Of a stretch of 64,000 nt of DNA, positions 51,101-63,100 are shown one piece after another. The stretch lies in NCBI GenBank assembly GCA_964629655.1, contig CAZVQU010000002.1, forward strand, positions 524,878 through 588,877, read 5' to 3'. This DNA comes from an uncultured Planctomycetia bacterium. Its GTDB lineage: Bacteria; Omnitrophota; Gorgyraeia; Duberdicusellales; 4484-171. The notes beneath the pieces are model-generated. The model was given only the letters and a program-made list of their open reading frames with translations, had not been told where the DNA came from and did not search any database. The translations under genes were made by a program, and so were the position numbers. Position 1 is the stretch's first letter. Each line of letters starts with the position of its first letter.

Positions 51101-54100
51101 TTAGCTTTAAGGAATTGATAATCGGCCTATTTATCTTAGAACCAGAACCAATAACTACTATTTTATCAAAAGAGTTATTTGGAAAATGTTCAAACATATC
51201 ATTTACATCGGCCCGAATAGTTACTACATTCTTATTTTCCAAAGCTCTAGCCATTTTCTGTGTAGGTAATATTCCTCTTTCAAATTGTTCTGCAAACTGA
51301 TAATAAGGCGCGCTATAGATATCGCTGATAATAAAGGCCTTATTGGGATGTGCTTTTGCCAGTACCGCTTCAAAACAAGTTTCTCCACTTGCAACAAATA
51401 TAATCAGTTCATCCATTCGCTGGAGCAGTAGTGAAGCAGGATCTAGAAAATCCACCACTTTTGAAATTGCTCCAGCATCGTTACCTTGCTGCTCTAAATA
51501 TGCCTTTGTCCTAACAATAGGACTAGCCCCGCCATTTGCCGGGCTTAACGAACCCGGCGAGCTGGCCCCTCTGATACTCCCTACGCCATCAAAAGTAACT
51601 GCCCCGCTGACAAACTCATCGTTGAGATAACCCTCAAATCTCCAGGCTAACTCATTTTGAATAGTCCAGTCGTCAGCATTAGGATCATTGATAAGGCCGG
51701 AAATGGTTCGAGGACAAATGCTCTCTCTCCTGATAACATCCTTTTTGCCAGATGGTCGGTGAAACATCCTATTTTCTGTGCCTCCCCGAATCGCCGGAGA
51801 AACAGCCCCTTCTGGAATATTGACTTTACGAGGAACCTTCTTTAGTGTCATTATTACCAACTTTTCTGACCTTAGCTTTTCTACTGATACATGGTTATCA
51901 ATTCTCCAGTGTTTAGACCTATGATGGCCTCTCCTTTTTCGTTCTCTCCTACCCATAACCCTAGAAAGCTCGAATTTTTTAATACTATCTATTGCTAATG
52001 TTCTAGAATCGTTCAAGCTAGCAAGTACGGTTTTGATCTGACGTCCAGTTATATAAATGACAGAAAGAGCATTTATATTGTCAGGATTAAGGTACATATG
52101 TACTTCTTTGATAAATCTTTCTAGCGTGCAGTATTCTGGATCGTAAAAAGCATGGTCCAGGCTGCTAATTGAATCGGATTTCGGTTCATTCCAATGCTCA
52201 AACCAAGGAGGAGAGAATGTAATCTTATCGAAAACTATACCTGGGCTTATTTTTTCGAATAAATCTGATTCTATTACATCGGACACTAATCCAAACTCTC
52301 TATAATTTTCCCTGGCCAAATTGACTGCTTCCGGATTAATATCTACACCGAGTACATAAGATCGCCCTAATTGATAAGCCTTTATTCCTATGATTCCACT
52401 GCCTGTACCCATATCTAAAACTCTATCACCGGGCCCAATAATATTCTCCAACTCCCAGGCGAGTAATTCACCCATCTGGACATTATGGTAGTGCGGATCC
52501 AAGACTGCTGGACTTACCCATAGTCGTCCCCCGATAACGGGGATATATTTTCTCTTCCAGCCGTTGAGAGAATCAACCAGCGAGCTAGAACTAGTAATTT
52601 TATCTTTGATCACATTTTCCAAGCGTGTTCTCCAATTAGCAGCCTGGATATTGACAAAGTAAGGTAGTTCTCCAAAAACCTTCTGATCTTTATTGTCTCC
52701 AATAATAATGGTATCACCTTGCAATGATAGTTCTTTATCTCTTGCGATAAATACATCTGATAACGTTTGACCGCTAAAGTAGTCCTGGCTATCCAATTCA
52801 AAGTAATTTGCCATTATAACTTCAAATTGCCCTTGAGTTAAAATACCCTCTTCTTGTATTCTTTCAAGGTACGCCTCAATAACTTCTCCAACACCAACAG
52901 AACATATACCGAAAACGCAGTCAGGATTATGCTCGAGAATTATTCGCACAGCCTCATGGAACTCCGGATTCGGTTTAATGCGAATGACTATCTCATCAAG
53001 ATGTATTTCTCTTAAAAGCATCCTGTAAAACGTAGCTTTATTTCCTGATGTTGGGAATCTGTTAGAGTAAAGCCTCAAAGCAGCCAACTTTACAGTATCA
53101 GCTGCAAGCATGATAGAATAATAGATTTTACCTATTGGGCTTGCTTCCTCTATCCTCTCAAACCGCAGCGCAAAAAATGCTCCTGTAAAAGCTCTAGAAA
53201 TATAGGCCATTGTTTGATCGAAATCAACGACGACGCCCTTAAAGCCACGAAAGCGCTCCTTAACTAACTTTCTTGTAAGCGTTCCTTTCCTAGTACACAC
53301 CGATGAGCTGGAATAAGATTGAACGGAAATTCTTTCAGATTCACTTAGTATCTGCCGCAATGAATTCTTAATATTCCTCGCTTCATCTTTATGCCCCCTG
53401 CGCCAAGGAATGATATTTCTATATGAACCCGGCCTATAAGAGATTATTTTAGGCTTATACCGTAAAACACGCTCCAAAGAAGCATTAAGCGTAGCCTGGC
53501 CCTGATCGCTCCAAAACTTGGCTAAGGAATGCTCAAGCGCAGATAAGCTTAAACCGCTTTCCGCCTTGTGCTTGCTGACAATGGCTTTCGTAATATATTG
53601 GATAATTTTCGCTACTTCATAAATCTCACGGATTCTCGCAAAACCATATTCAATATGCATATACTCTTGGCCAGAGATGGAAACGTTTTTCGCCCTATTT
53701 TTACGGATTGAAGCTACTTTGACCCCATTTTGTATGCCATCATTACTGATAAAAGCTATTACTGCGGCTAACATTAATTTCGATGCCTCTTTCTTAACAC
53801 CCCATTCATGAAATCGATCCCAATCTTTTCTAGGTATTCCTAAATTAAACTGTACTGAGTGAGTATCGCTATTGGGAATATTTGTATACTCGAGAACAGT
53901 TTTAGCTAATAAATCGATTTGGGTTCTAAAACTCCAGGATGGACGAAAATTAAATTCTAAATATCCAAAAGGATCTCTATAGAAGGGTAATACGTCAACT
54001 CTCTCCCTAATGGTCTCATCAGAAATCCTGGACAATATATCTTCTTTTGTTTTATACTTTCTGCGTAATTCAAGTTCTCCGCCAATTGGCATTCCCAGCC

Positions 54101-57100
54101 TCGCTTCCCTTTGTTCGCACTCTCTCACCACTCTATGGTCTATACCAAAACGTATTGCATCTAATGCGCCTGGCAACATTTCAGCAGGTAACAATCTAAT
54201 TGAAGACGAACTGGTAAACAACGCATCAAGAACTTTTAAATATTCCTGAAGCAACAACTTGTCCGATGGTTGATTCATGAGCCATGCATTTAGCATTCTT
54301 CTTGAGAAAGGATATATCATTGCTTTATGTGCGTATCTGAAGTTTATATCGGTTCTCCAGCACTCCTGGGAATACATGATATGGCGCAGACGCTTAAAAT
54401 TTAGTCCACAGGCCCCAAACCGATGGGCAAAGCTCATCTTGATTTCATCCATAAGCCCACTTACCATATCCCTCTCCTCTACTCCAAGTTCTCTGTTAAC
54501 TGCAAGCATGGCGTCCACATCGGATTCTAAATCGCTTGCTTGATGAATTGTAGACCCTAAGATAAACGAACTATTCTTATCGAATAACCCCGGAATGATA
54601 TCATCTGTCGCGCGTAAAACAGCTATTAAAGCAATTATGTTACGCAATGATTCTCGGCAGTACGGTTCTTGTTTGTCAATACCTCTTCTCCCTCTTTTTG
54701 AATCTTGAACCCACTCTATCAAATAAATTTCTCTCTTTTTCCCTGCGTAGCCTATACTCACCGCATTTCGCTTAAGATTATATAAAGCAGTTAACAATTT
54801 ATACTCCAGTTTAAAATACTCATATAAGTCCGGGATAATAAAATTACCTAATCCGCTATTGCCAACCGCCACCGACGAGCTGGAGGATTCTTTATCTTCC
54901 ATAAGTCCTGCTTTATCTTTAGCACAAAATTCCAATAAAATTTCTTTATCTCTGTCTCGTACCGGCGAGCTGGTCTGGTTGTATCTTGAAACATCCGGCA
55001 GACTGTCATGATTGCGGATAGTATAAGTTAAATATCCCCATCTTTCCGGATAATGGCTAATGTAGTGGGAGGTAACCTTTTCAACCTCAAGCCAAGAAAA
55101 TCGTTTAAGATAGGGAGAAATTACCTTATCAAAAAAGCTGAGCGCGTTATCGTCAGCACCGTCATGATCGAAGAATCCACCGAGTAACAACTGACCGCCG
55201 GGAAAATTAGCCAAAAGATCAATAACCTTCTCATTAACCTCCTTGAGGTAAGTCGGACCCAGGTTAGCAAGAATAATCGGCTCATGGATGTCGAACTTTC
55301 CAGCCTCAAAGATTAAACGCGAAAATTCTTTTACTAAATCTAGCTGTATTAACCTGAACGTATGCCCAAGCTGGATACCATTAATGCCAATGCTACGACC
55401 AATATTTACTTTCATTTTTTCAATAGCAAGAACTTTCTCCGCTCCTAGTTTTCTAGCCATTATTTCATGTGTTGCCAGTTGACCATATCCTACCCCTATT
55501 ACGGCTCTACCGGTAAAGTCCATACGCATCATGGCCCTTGCCATACTCAAGCTGGTACCGTGATAATCCCGTCCGCCAAATATGCCCTGCCCGACTTCGC
55601 TATAGTTAACCTCTGTTACAATCAGTAAATGTTTTTTTGCCCTATCTCTTACTTTGAAAGGTAATTCCTTTTTGTGTTGCTCGCGAATGATAAACACTGG
55701 GCCTATCTGAATAACGTTCCACCAGTGAAGCCTTCTTTTAATGGCTCTCTGCAGTACTCGGAATTCTTCTGAGTTAATATCGGCTCCGACTTTCCGCACC
55801 GACGAGCTGGAACTAAAGGATAAGGTTTGTAAGCTTTCTATTAAAGGATTTCCTATATGGTTTTGAGGATTGTCAAGGTAGCGGTAGGTTACATATATAT
55901 AGGTAAACGGTCCGGCTCTGATTTCTATAGTATTGTCTATTTTATCTAAAGTTATTACTATATTTTTGTTTAGGCGAATCCTAAACAGCTTCTGCTTGAG
56001 GACAGTCCTTAACCACCCTTTAAACTGGCCGACTAACTTTAAAAAAAGGGCAGGCGGAAAGACCCCACCAGCCACGGAAGAGGTAACCTTTCCTTGAACC
56101 TGCCCTTTTATACCATTATACCTTTTTAAATTACCGAAAAAGAGAATTTTATTAAATATTTTAAGTAGCGTCCTAGATTGAAATCTAGCTCCAACCGGTG
56201 AGCTACTCTTTGTCTGTGGTTTTTTAACTTTTTTAATTATGCACTTGCGATATGAATGTAACATCTGTTTAAATGTCCTAATTAGAAGCTGGAAATCCTG
56301 ATTAATTTCTTCTTTTTGCCCATTTATATTCTGAACAGCTAGAGCATCTACGCTAAAAAAGTCTGTTCCCTGAACAAAGTCTAAACTTATAAGCCATACT
56401 GAGCCTGCATATAGAATAATCCGATTAGCTATGTACTCTCCTGCTAGTTTTACAAACACTATAATGCAAAGAATTGAAGTTGATAGGATTTCTTTTCTCA
56501 TCGTTTCCATTGAATCAGCAGGCTTATTAGCGTTTGGTTTTTCCACCGGTGAGCTGGAAAGGCCTGAACTGGGAAATAAAACTTCTAATGGCTTAACCTC
56601 GCCCCTTACTTCCTGAATAACTGGCCCCTTATACCCGCGATTAATCAAACTCCCTATATATTTAAGTAATGGTATGGTTCCCTCTGGATGATTGATAGGC
56701 AAGTGGTCATCCATTATGCCCATATTTTGATTGATATGGGTACTGCGCAGCGGTATGCCCGATTTTAGTATGGCCTCTTCTAAAGGACGAGCTTTGTCCA
56801 AGGAGAGATTTGCGTGGGCGATATCAAAAGTAATGCCAAAATACTCTCTCTCCTCAAGGCTCAATTGCTCATAAATCCTTAGAGCTGCAGCTACAAATTC
56901 ATCGTTAGTATGATAAACGCAGCCTTTCAGAAAACTATTGATATCTGAGACAGGATATGGATTATAGCGGCTGTTTTCAAGACCAACAGTAATTTGATTT
57001 CGCGTTGCCTGTTGGATAAAATGGACTATTCCGTCTGTGTCAGAAGGATTGAAAAGATGCAGGGTAATAAGACCCATGCCCAACTCCTTCGCTACCCTTA

Positions 57101-60100
57101 AGGTTTGGTCAAAGTGATTTTCATCCTTTAAAGGATCGGGAAAACGAACAGTATTGTTTTTATCCTCAAATTCTAGCCAAGGAGCGTGAACTATTAATTC
57201 CATAGTATTGTCTTTTGCAACATCTCTTATCTTCCTAAGATCTGAATCCTGCAATCCGTTAGGATCAATCACATATACACCATATTGCCAAAGCCGCTTG
57301 CCACTAGAGTCAAGATAAATCTCAACAGCGCCGAATCCTCTCTCCCTTACTTCCTTAATGGTATCTACAATATGTTGAGTTGAATCGTATTCGTGACAAG
57401 ACTTCTTCCAAGGCCAGAACAGTTGAGATGCACCTAAGATGAGTCCGGAGTCTTTCAGCTTAGCTAAAGTTATCGAGCTACCAGAGGCAGTTTTGTCCAC
57501 CGACAGTGGTCTGAAATGAGAGTGAATTTTTTCATCAGCCATGTAGACAAATAAGGCTGAGCTTTCCGGACGTGCAGACAAATACTTTAAATGTTTTTTA
57601 ACCACTTCATGGTCTTTTCGAAAGCAAACAGCTGACAATATTTTATCCAAAAATACTTCTGATCGCTCTGCCCCAAGTTTATTGAGAATCACGCATTCTG
57701 CAACAATTTGTAAAAACCGCTTCAGTTGCTCTAAATCAACTGTCTGGACTATTAACTCTGTTAACAACTCAAGGTCATCTCTCCTTGGACAATTAAACCA
57801 ATATTGTACTACATCGGTAATCGCTACCGGATCATGTTGCTGGCTTCTCTCTAAGATAGATAAGAACCGTTCATCCTCCCTAGCTTGCTCAAGTACAGCA
57901 AATAAATCAGGATGCAGCGTGAAGTTGATGCTACGCAGATATTGAAAGAAGTATATGAACGCTTCTTCTACCTGTGTAATACCACGCTGCACAAAGTGAT
58001 AAGGCCGGGAAGAAGCGAGGCACGATTCAAGCCAATCAGCAGTACTTATAATCTGCTCAAATAGATCTTCGGCTTTTGGTATATGGTGATTGGAAATCTT
58101 CCCCATGACCTCAGTTAACTGCTCAGGCGATAATTCTAAGCTGTGCTGGGCAACTATTTCCTGGACAATTTCTACTGAATATATCGGGTGGGCCTTGCGT
58201 AAATACTGCAATTGCTGCTTGGGAAGTTCACTCGGAGAATTAATCCAGCAAAGCAAGGTATTTGTTGTTTTACCCAAGTCATGAAATAACGCGCACACCC
58301 TTAAGACCTCTCTTTTAGTGCTAGGGAGAAAAAGTTGCTTTGCTAAGTAATCGGCTAAATCTGCTGTGGTTTGAACATGTAACCAAATATGATACGCACC
58401 GATAGGTAGCAATTCCTGTATAATTTTTTTTGCTCTTTCAAAACGACCCAATTCTGTAATGGACGAGCTGGAGAGAATGGCAGCATGCTGAACATCAGAT
58501 GCTGTACATTCCCTTTGTCTGCTCTTTACTTTTGCCGGTATCTTATTAATCCTGGCTTTGTTCAGCTGACCCTTTTTAATCATTATATATACGGTGTTGG
58601 CTGTTCCGCTAATTGACGAGGAAAATTTTTGCTTTTGTCTCACATAAACACGCCAGCCATAGTTCGATTTGGAAAGCGAAAAATCACTAGACGCCTGCGA
58701 AGCACCGGGCTGCCAGTCAGTTTCCAAATCTTTCCTTATATATTCTCTTATAAAATACTCCCACAACCTCATCTCTTCATTATGGATCTCATCTTTTGTT
58801 GTAAATAAACCAGCCTTGCCATTAAGAAAACTATCAACGTTTCTGTACTCACCTTCATCGATGACCAGAAAACCATCGGCTTTTATATTCTTGGCAATAC
58901 GGGAAAGAAAAATTTTATACCTCTTTAACATCACAAATGATGCTTTCTGATAATAAACGTCGATTTTCTTATCTAAACTCATCTTCTCCATATCTTCCGG
59001 TTTATAGGTAATCGAATAGGTTTTGGAAGCTTGGCCAAAAAATGTCCAATCAAAACGTATAGTTACTGAACCATCTAAGTTGTCAATTACTTTGATATTC
59101 TCAGCACCATCGCTTTTAAACCTATTGACTTCCATACTCTCCAATTCCGCAGCTATTTTTAGCTCAATTTCACGCATTCCGCCCATTATGCCGCCTCCGA
59201 AACCACTATGGAATTTGCCTTGTTTATATTCGTTCTTTATCCCTTGATTGTGGTGAAGCCTATGAGATTGGCTATCTTCATCATATAGTAAACACCATAA
59301 ACGATATGCATTCACACGATTTTGTTCGTAAAAATCTACTTGCCTTGCTCCTGTTGCCAAAATAAAGGTAGACCAATCAGCACCTGCGCATCCATAACCT
59401 CCAATAATATCCATAAACTCAAGGTTAACTATTTTTCTTATGCTTGTATAATAGCCAACCAAGAAAAGGTTTAACAGTCCATTTGCTATGGGCCTATGAT
59501 CAAGACCTAGTTCTCTAGCAATCTCTACTTGAGTACCTATATCCTTAACCTCAATAGTCTCTAATATATACCGAAGATACTGAAGTTCTTTTGAAAACTT
59601 ATCTGAGAGCGGTGAAGAACCAGAAAAAAGCAATTTTCCAGTTACCGTAATCTCCCGATTAACTTCTTTCTTTAGACGGTGTAATTCAAATTCAAGGGAA
59701 TTCGGAGACAAATAAAACACTGTTTTTAAACGAGATCTGGCAGTAATAAGTACCCCGTAACTCTCTTCAAATACTTTCTTCTTCCTAAAAATAACTCCTA
59801 AAGATAAAAGATTGCCCACAAAAATACGTTCAGCAGCAACTATCGTATCTATATCTATATTTGGATACTTGGCTAAAGCATTGTAAGTTACTGAATCAAT
59901 CTTATCGTTTAAAAGCTCCGCGTTAATTTCAGGTATGTCGTTAACGTCCAGTATGAAACGCCTGGTTACCATAGTAACAACAAGCCACTTAGTGATTGCC
60001 AACAGATAGTCTCCACGCTGAGAATCTAGCTCTAATATGCCTGATACTTCCCGGTTATAATCTTCGTCGTAGCCGTTTTCTATATATGCTTCTAAAAGAA

Positions 60101-63100
60101 TGACTTTCTCTAAAAGTAAGAATGCATTAGCGGAAAAACAATCTACCTCTCTGTTGACAGCAGAAAGGACACTCCTCCACTGGGCCTTATCAAATCCGGC
60201 TGTAGAAAATATATGCCTTATGCCGCCCTCGGATTTCCGACGGCCCAACATTTCTAAAATAAGCTCTCCTGCCTGTTCATATCTACCGGTTTCGTAGTAA
60301 AAATTAAAGTAGGCTATAATTTCTCGGTAAACACTGATGATCCTTGCCGCATTCCTTGAATCGACTCCGTCCTTTAAATCTGCAATTAGTTTAGGCAACC
60401 TATCTTTTTTTAAAAAATCACAAATCATACTGGATGATGATTCTTCCCAAGAAAGCTCCTCTTTAAATCTATCAGCTACACGAAATGCCCATTGAGGCCT
60501 TGTACTAATAATAGACCTTACCAATTTGTTGATCCTGCTTGCAGGAAGAGCAACATAAAAACCCTTAATCAAAATGAATTTTAATGCCTTTAATAGCCTA
60601 TTATTTGCGACTATGTATGGTTTTAAGTTTGGCGAAGATGACCCTGATATTCTATTTTTTAAACTATTGTCTAAAACTAAATCGTATTCTGGCGTGAAGG
60701 CATATATTTGATGCAAACCAAGAAGATCTTCTACAGGATCCCCTCTTTCTATTAAATTAATCTCTCTTGTCTTCTGATCAGCCCATATCTTAATCTTTAG
60801 ATCTGCTGAAAAACCATGCTCTTTGATGTATAAGGCTTTATACCCTTCAAGAATTAAAACCTCCACATTTCTATCGTTCATAAATACTCTCAAATCATCC
60901 CGTAGAGTATCCCAATCTATCATGCTCCGCAAATCTCCTTCGAGACGATAATCATCAATAGGCACTACCTGCAAATTTACATATCCGGAAAAAATATGTT
61001 TACAAAAGGTAGTTTTTCCAGCGGCAATATCGCCGTCAACGACTACTAAAATACTGCCCTCTGATTCAATTTTATTACTGTGGCTTTTTATTAATGCATA
61101 TATTTTGTTCTTTGCTTCCTTGGCCGGCACTTTTCGGCCAAAGAACATAGGAATACTGGAAGATGATCTCTTTTTATTTAAAACAGCTGCTTTGTCAAAA
61201 ATCCTATCTACATCAAGAGATTCAAATATTTTCCATAAGTCAGCGGCCGTAAATTGTCCTCCCGAAGCTACGAAAGTCCCGATATCGGGTAAATCTTCTC
61301 GATAATAGCCATGCTCTTTAGATAAAAACTCCGTAGGAACAAATATTCTCTTGTATTCATTACCCTTCCTTAAAATATAAGAATCGTCAAATTTAGAAAT
61401 CATACGCTTTTCAGCAACAAGTATCAAGTCTGCTTCTTTAGCTACGGAAGGAGAGCAGAATTTTCTTTGTCTCCCGTAAAGAAAATCTTCCATAATTCTA
61501 CTGTAAAAACCTTTGGCAATTAAGGATTGCCTCATCTCTTCAATGACAAGAAAGTGAGTTTTGCGGTCAATAGGCGCCGGCTGTCTTGTCCCGCAGGAAT
61601 CTATCTCGATCTCTCTGTCCGAAACCTTAAGCCTAAGATAATATTCCAATAAAGCACTCCTGAACATATTCGATGTACATACGGTAAGTATAGACACAGG
61701 CAAAGATACTTCATTTTTTAACATAGACGAGCTGGAGTGAGCTTTGATTGCCTCAGATACCACTTGGCTGAATACATCGGAATGGCTATTCCTGATAAGC
61801 GTGTGTAAAAAATCATGCTCTATTAATTCTGTTTTCCTACCTAACAACGCATCGAAAATATTTGAAAGGATACTCCTAGCATATTCGCTATCTAATGTTT
61901 GATCATCCAAACGAGATATCTTATGCAGGAAGGCTTTTAACTTATCTAAATTCTCCCTATTGATATGGCAATATAACTTCTCTAATAATATAATTCTCTC
62001 TTTTTCTTCGGCTGAAATAATTTCGCCCACAATACTAAGAATATCTTCTGCCTCATCAAGAACCTTTCCTCCCTTTGAATCTATTAATGCTAAGAGCTGT
62101 TCAATCTCAAAAAGCTCTTTATATTCTCCAGCTCTGGATAAAATTCTCCTGGCTTCTTCTTCATCCGGGACATCTTTTAACAACAGCTCCTTAAGCGCTT
62201 CATAATAAAACCATGCGGCGGTAATGTTATTTTTTAAATCCTCATCGGCCTCCTCTTCTGCCAAATTAAACTGTTCTTCTGCCTCTTTATAGAATTTAAG
62301 ATCTGCATAGAGACAAGCAAGTTGATAGTGTAACTTTGCCCTTACAAGAGGGCTCTTCTCCTGGACTATCCTGCGCAAATACTCATCCTTCATTGTGGCA
62401 TAGACCACCTCCACAATCTTTCTTTCGTAAGGCCGAGAAACATAATATGGCATAGTAACTGTCCTGGCATCATCAGATATCGATAGTTCGTGTAAAAGCG
62501 GAAGCCAATTATGCCCATTATCTTCAGTTGAACCAAAGGGTACTGTGGTAAAAGAAATATTCTCATGGATACCGGAAAGGTCTGCTGTGATAAGCCTCAG
62601 GTTTACCTCGCCCTCTGGATTTAGGGGTATATTGCACTTTTCTGCTTCTTGCTGCTCTTTTCTGGTAAGCTTTCTTGCCTCAGGATCATCTGCCTGCAAT
62701 GGATATTCCTGGTCTTCTTTACACTTCTGATGCGAGATGATGCGTGCTGAAAAATCCACCTCTCCATTTGCCTGCCGAACAGCGATTACTCCTTCAGCCG
62801 TACCACCTGCTCCGCCGCAGCCATCCAACTCATTAGCCAAGATAGCATTGACCGGCATCTGGTCGCCATCCCCGATTAAAGAAATCCAGCCGCCACGCCG
62901 GTTGTTGATTTTAAGCTCACCGGTGGTACTTTTAAGTACTTTCTCAAGCCTTAAGGAACCTTTTCTACCCACTCTAGCAAACCCCTCTGCCTCAGTAAAA
63001 AATTCTTTATATTTATCTTCAATATCTTCATATCTAATTTGTAGAGTCTTTAGTGCTTCGTTAATTTCTTTTCGGTGTCTGCCCCTCATAAGCTCAGTCC

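Larger units (their letters stand above)
42766..61736 (-). repeat. dispersed in-frame linker repeat: 16 copies of the near-identical 14-mer CCAGCTCGYCGGTG (minus strand), 3 further copies with the CCAGCTC core and 5 AT-rich Ser-run variants, encoding SSS(S/P)V
   Basis: Plus-strand CACCGRCGAGCTGG or a 1-2 nt variant starts near 42766, 44091, 45005, 46131, 47736, 48385, 50259, 51552, 52575, 53296, 54869, 54960, 55798, 56191, 56543 and 58459. Looser GC-containing copies (CCAGCTC core) are near 49353, 50811 and 61722. AT-rich Ser-run versions are near 54202, 58611, 60440, 60640 and 61100. Every copy sits between recognisable modules. Confidence 0.8.

Noticed and set aside
42766-61736. Repeated 14-mer considered as a CRISPR array or other non-coding repeat
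   Set aside because: Spacing is irregular, 94 to about 1900 nt. Every copy is in frame inside one ORF and encodes the same Ser-run linker. There are no direct-repeat and spacer units and no cas genes.
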